Assembly: GCA_964291295.2 (NCBI GenBank)
Contig: OZ219754.1
Span: forward strand, 544,001-608,000
Reading direction: 5' to 3'
Origin: an uncultured Candidatus Binatia bacterium
GTDB lineage: Bacteria; Desulfobacterota; Binatia; UBA9968; JAJDTQ01
DNA length: 64,000 nucleotides
Positions 56,346-64,000 of the stretch are shown one piece after another; within the stretch, counting starts at the first letter, position 1; every line of letters begins with the position of its first letter. Under the pieces are notes generated by a model. That model saw nothing but the letters and a program-made list of their open reading frames with translations, ran no database searches and was not told the DNA's origin. Both the position numbers and the translations under genes were made by a program.

Positions 56346-59251
56346 TCAATCATCCTTGATGAGGCCGAGTTCGCGAAGGGGCTCGAGCACGCCGTTCTCC
56401 AACTTGGCCTTGTCGTATCCTTCCGGGGCGGTTGCCGATGCGTTGATGGAAATGGTGCCTGTCATCTCTGCGAGATTGGCCAATGCGTTCCATGCGTCGT
56501 ATACCACGTTCCGGTCAGCCACGAAGGAGACCGTGATCTCACGGCTGCCGGTGGGGTAGTCCCCGCCCGATCCTCCTTCGGGAGAAGAGCCCTCGCCGGA
56601 ATCGCCGCTCTCACCATGTTGCCCGGTGCCCTCTCCTTTTCCCTCTCCTTCTCCGGTGCCGCCGGTCGTCTCGTTGTCGGGTGCCGGCGCCTGTTCGGGA
56701 ATAGCCGCGGGGGCAATCAGAAAGCCAGCGTCCAGGTCGATTTCGTCGTCCGCCACACTGCGGTCGAATGCGACACGGTTCCGGTCAATGAGGTAGCGCC
56801 CGTCGTCTCCGAGTTGCGGCCGGCCGGTGGCGTAGCCGAACAGACGGCTCTCCACTCCACGAGCGACCGCCTTGCGCACGGCGTCGGACGAGAGCAGACG
56901 GGGGAAGCCCAGGAACTCGTAGAACCCTTTCAACACTTGGGCCGTGGTGATTCCGGCAACGTAGCGTCCCGGTTCTCCGAGCCTGAACAGTTCGGCGATC
57001 TTGCCGGGAGCGAGCGTTACGAATACCCGCTTCTGGACCTTGGTGAGCAGCTCCATCAGGCGCTGCTGGATGAGGGCGCATTTCTTGTCGTCAAGGGTCG
57101 TCTGGAGCGGGCGGCCGCCGATGCGGACGGTGTCCAGCGTCAAACCTCCGTTGCCGGATACCGGGAGCCGGACTTCGCCGTAGAGCTTGAGCAGGGCCGA
57201 CTCGGTTGCCGTCTTCTCGGTGGCGAGGCGCTCCCGAAGCTGGTTTCGCTGCGCATCCGTGAGATTGTGCTCGCGCCACTTGCCCTGTATTCGCTCGACC
57301 GCCAGGAGGTAGCGAACGCCGCGGCGCAGAATCTCCACCTGATCGGCTGATGGGACGGCCAGCCCCAGGCCGTTGCGGAACTCGCGCTGGCGGTTCCCGT
57401 ACTGCTCGCAAATCGCCAGCGCGGTGCGATTCTGCGTCGCGGGCGCTTGCGTCGCGAACTCAAGCGGCAGGTACGCCAGGAGAAACTGCGGTTCCCGGTC
57501 CGGCACGTCGCCCGGTTTGGCGGGCCAGACGATGGCGGGCTGTCCGGCCAGCCGCTCCTCGATCATCTGCCGGACACGAGCCATGATGTTGCCGTCGTCG
57601 CGCCCGACCGTTTCGGCCTCCTGCTCGACCAGCAGCGTGACATTGGGATCCTTCTTGAAGCAGTAGCGCACGCCGTCGAAGTGCAGATAGACGCACTGCT
57701 CCCTGAGTTCCTTGAGGCACGCCTGAATGGTGGTGGTATCAAGGTCCGGCCCGATGCACGCCGCCAGCAGGTCGGGCTCGCCGATCCCCGGTGGAAGGAG
57801 TTCACCCGGGTCGCCCTCCCCACGCCGCAGACCACCGAACGAGTAGAGCAGCATCGCGGTGGCAAGGCGCATGGCCGGTTGCTTGCCGGACTCCGTCGTC
57901 ACTTCGTGCGCGCGCCGTTCGTCGATGCGGCGAGCCCGTGCGTTTGCGCCCGTGAAGTCCTGCTCCAGGCAGGCCTGGAAGTCCTCGCGCTGGCCGACCT
58001 CCTTGAAGAAAGCGAGGCGGACGGCATCATCATGGATGGGAACGTCGCCCGGACCGAGCAGCGGTCGGGAACCGCCTGCCCGGTGGGCGGCGCGCAGGCA
58101 CGAAGCAAGGAAGCGCAGTGCCCCGCGGGTGCGCTGGAATTCGGGGATGGCGGCCCAGCGCTCGCGCATCAGATCGATCAACGCCGGATGGAAGGGGTAG
58201 GACGCCCTGATTCGCCTGCGCAGGGCCTGTCCATCTTCTTCGGCCTGCCGCCGCTCTCCCTGGCCGTGTGCGCTGGCGCGGCGCATCTTCGTGAACACCT
58301 GTACATGGGCATCCACCGTCGCTGCGGCCGCACCCGCGTCGGGCGTGCCGGCGAGCAGCCGGCGCTGGATCACGTTCAGTATCTCGTTGCCCTCGACCGG
58401 CTCCCGGCGCTGGCCCTTGCGTGAGGCAAGGTGCTCGACGGTTTGCAGCAGGCCCGTGTATTCAAGGGATTCGCGTTTGCTGGACTGAAGGGAAAAGACG
58501 AGCGCCGCGTTGTCCACGCTCCCCACCGCCACCGTCAACCGCTGAAGGAACGACAGCGTCTCGTCCCGGAGGGTGGTCTGTTCGATGCGGATTCCGCCGG
58601 CGCTGATGAGGTATTGCAGCAGTTCGTCGAGCAGGATCAGACTCGGTCCGCCCTTGAGCAGTTCGACGAGCGCATCGCCGCCCGGTGCGACCCGGGCTTC
58701 GTCCTGTGCGCGCACCAGGTCGTAGCCGTCCCGCCCTCCGAGGGACCATGCGACCCAGCCCCAGATCGTTCTTGCGGAGATGTCCCCGGCCGGGGACTGC
58801 TTGCCATTTGTCGGATCGAAGAACTGCCCGTCCACCACGGCCACCCGTACCCCTCCAGGCCGCGGCAGGCCGGCCGCCTCCGGCAGCGCTTCAAGCGCGG
58901 CGCGCGACCGGGCAGCGTACAGCAGGGCGGCAAGGGTGTGGGACTTGCCGCCGCCGAAGGGTGTCTGAAGCCTGAGAACCCGATTCCCTTCGGCTCCGGC
59001 AAGGCGGCCAAGCACATCTTCGAGAAGAGACTTGAGGCCGCTCGTCAGGTATGACGCGGCAAAGAAACTGTCGGCATCCCGGTAGACCGGGGGGACTCGC
59101 CTCAATTCGGCTTCCGGCCGTCCGAGATCCCTGGCGATCAGGTAGTCGGACAGGGGACCCAGGTCCAGTGCGAAGATGTCTTCGGAGAAGTCGTCGGCAA
59201 GCACGTCGGGATGCAGGGCAACGCACTGTAGCCAGGGGCGGCAATCGGGCT

Positions 59252-59255
<4 letters not shown>
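56346..59255 (-). CDS. DUF499-family AAA+ ATPase
   Basis: PW...LHPDV...FALDL, LQTPFGGGKSH, ILLDELLQY, SYPFHPALI, FQRTRGALR; ATGA overlap with the methyltransferase stop. Confidence 0.9.
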
Positions 59256-62074
<2,819 letters not shown>

Positions 62075-62078
<4 letters not shown>

Positions 62079-64000
62079 GACACGCTCCCTGCTTTCAGTG
62101 CTTCATTGGAGCGGGTGCCCATCAAGCCCATTTCCCCAAGAAAGCGGGACGGTGCTTTTGACCATCCCTTGTACTGCTGTGCCCTTGACAGGATCAACCG
62201 CGTCTTCGTGCGGGTGATGGCGACGAAGCAACTGCGGCGCTCCTCCTCGATGGCCGCACTGTCGTTGCCTTTCCCGACGCTGTACCAGGAGGGGAAGACC
62301 TCTTCCGCGAGACCGATCAGGTAGACCCTGTCGAACTCCAGCCCCTTGGCCGCGTGAACCGTGCTCAACGAAACCGCGTTCGGTGCCGGTGGCGGTTCCT
62401 TGGAGCGCAATTCCATTTCCTGGAGGAACTGGTCGAGCGGAATGGCGCCCCGAGCCTGCCTTATCTCCTTTTCGATGTGCCGCCATGCGCTCAGGTCGTC
62501 TTTCAGGTCGCCGCCCGCATCTTCGGTCTCAAAGTGCTTCTTGACCTCTGCCACGGTCCCGGCCAAGCGTACGTTGCCGGACGCGAGGCCCGCCATCGCT
62601 TCGACCACTGACGGCAACGCCGAAGGTGTTGCCTGCCTGACAGCGTCGAACCAGGCGGCCAGCAGCGTGATCCGGTTCGCCTCCGAACGTGCGATCACTT
62701 CCTCGACCTCCACGGGAACTCCGGCAAAGTCCTCGAATGTTGCCGCCAGCACAGCCATGTTGCGCCGGTCGAGCGGTCGATTGATTTGCTTCAGGCAGGC
62801 GACAAGCCAGCGCAGTTGCGGCGACACGAAGTCGTCGCGCCGCGCCAGAAGCGCCGCAGGTACGTTCAACGCCTCCAGCGTGGCCCGGACAGGCTCCAGC
62901 AGCGCGCGACTGCGCGCCAGCACCACGGTTCCCCGGCGCTGTACCACATCCAGACCGGCAATCTCGGCGGCGATGCACGAAGCTTCGCCTCCATCATCGG
63001 AGAAAACCTTGCATTCGATTTCGTCCTCGCCTTGGCGGCGCGGCACGGCAGGCTCCACTGGCGCCTTGGAAACGTCTCTCCGGACGTTGTAGACGACAAG
63101 CCGGTTGGCAACATCCACGACGCCGGGAGGGCAGCGGAAGTTGTCCGTAAGCTGTATGACCTCGCACCTGAAGTCGTCCACCAGGCTTCGAATACGGCGC
63201 ACATTCGCACCGTTCCACTCGTAAAGGGTCTGGTCGTCATCGGCCACCGCGAACAATCGGTGGAAACTGCCGCCCGCCATCCGCCTGAGCAGTTCGTATT
63301 GAGGGCCGTTGGCGTCCTGAAACTCGTCGATGAGCCAGTACCGGTACATCGTCCGGCAATGTCGGGCCAGTACCGGATGACCCAGGAGTTCGAAGGCCAG
63401 GCGAATCAGCGAATTGAAGTCGAGGGCGTTGGCTCGAACCAGCTCTTCTTCGTACAGCCGGTAGGAAAGCCCGATGCGATCCACCCCCAGGCGATCCACA
63501 AGGCCCGGCGCCAGACGAGGATTGCTCCGCAAATACGACGCGGCCCGCTCCGGGCCTACCAGGCGCTTCTTCAGTTCGTCGATGGCGGGCAACAGCCCAT
63601 CATCGTCACACTCGAAACAGGCCCCGCGGTGCCGCAAGGCATCTGCCAGCACCGCCTGCCGGTCGGCGGTCCGGGAATAGATCGCAAAGTTCGGCTTGAT
63701 GCCACAGTGGCTGCCATGCTGGCGCAGAAGTTGGGCGCAGAATCCGTGGAAAGTGTCGATATCCGCGCGTTCCTCAGCGCCGGGAACCAGCGCGGCAATC
63801 CGTGTTCTCATTTCATGGGCCGCCTTGTTGGTAAAGGTCAGTCCGAGAACGCGGAAGCGCTGGTCCGGAGAAGTCTCCAGCAATCGGGCGGCGCGGCAGG
63901 TCAGCACCCTTGTCTTGCCGGACCCGGGACCGGCCAGCACCAGCAGGGGGCCGTCATCCCACTCGACGGCCTTGCGCTGCATGGCCGTCAATTCCCGCAG
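62075..64000 (-). CDS. UvrD/Rep-family SF1 helicase (GajB-like; probably 5'-partial, frame open to the window edge)
   Basis: LAGPGSGKT, LTFTNKAA, IDEFQD, VADDDQTLYEW, TVHAAKGLEF, EERRSCFVAITR; GTGA overlap with the methyltransferase start. Confidence 0.9.

Noticed and set aside
56560-56690. Gly/Glu/Ser low-complexity stretch in the DUF499 protein
   Set aside because: Looks like an ordinary flexible linker before the C-terminal domain, with no DNA-level repeat

Overview
High-GC bacterial chromosome segment. Intact housekeeping and catabolic genes (addB-addA, nth, holA, menB-menA-menE, thiS-thiG-thiE, tRNA-Thr(CGT), two xanthine-dehydrogenase-family Mo-hydroxylase modules, SDRs, amidohydrolases, an LLM enzyme, a TauD-like and a Rieske dioxygenase) alternate with three defence or accessory patches. 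(i) A collapsed island at about 11.0-14.5 kb: integrase-arm/IS630 chimera, OLD-nuclease stub, internally deleted AbiEii toxin beside an intact AbiEi antitoxin with its operator, and hsdM/hsdS stubs. (ii) A GmrSD-type type IV nuclease next to Fic and other gene fossils at about 19.7-24.3 kb. (iii) A tightly linked minus-strand cluster at 54.4-64 kb: UvrD helicase, DUF1156 adenine methyltransferase, DUF499 ATPase, ABC-ATPase/TOPRIM protein. The most striking signal is two long coding-strand poly-C tracts in the same context (C(n)-GAAAA). C27 frameshifts the DUF1156 methyltransferase (OFF; C26 or C29 would restore a ~941-aa protein). C19 lies in frame before the signal peptide of a 1.9-kaa FN3/Calx-beta autotransporter-like adhesin (ON). 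This suggests slipped-strand phase variation of a restriction-like system and of a surface protein, but a sequencing artefact cannot be excluded from this sequence alone. About a dozen short gene fossils, several 10-14 bp intergenic tandem duplications and a bipartite direct repeat flanking holA suggest a genome eroding by deletion and slippage. The content resembles uncultured host-associated (e.g. sponge) deltaproteobacteria-like lineages, which is inference only. All family assignments come from recognising motifs by eye; no database searches were run.
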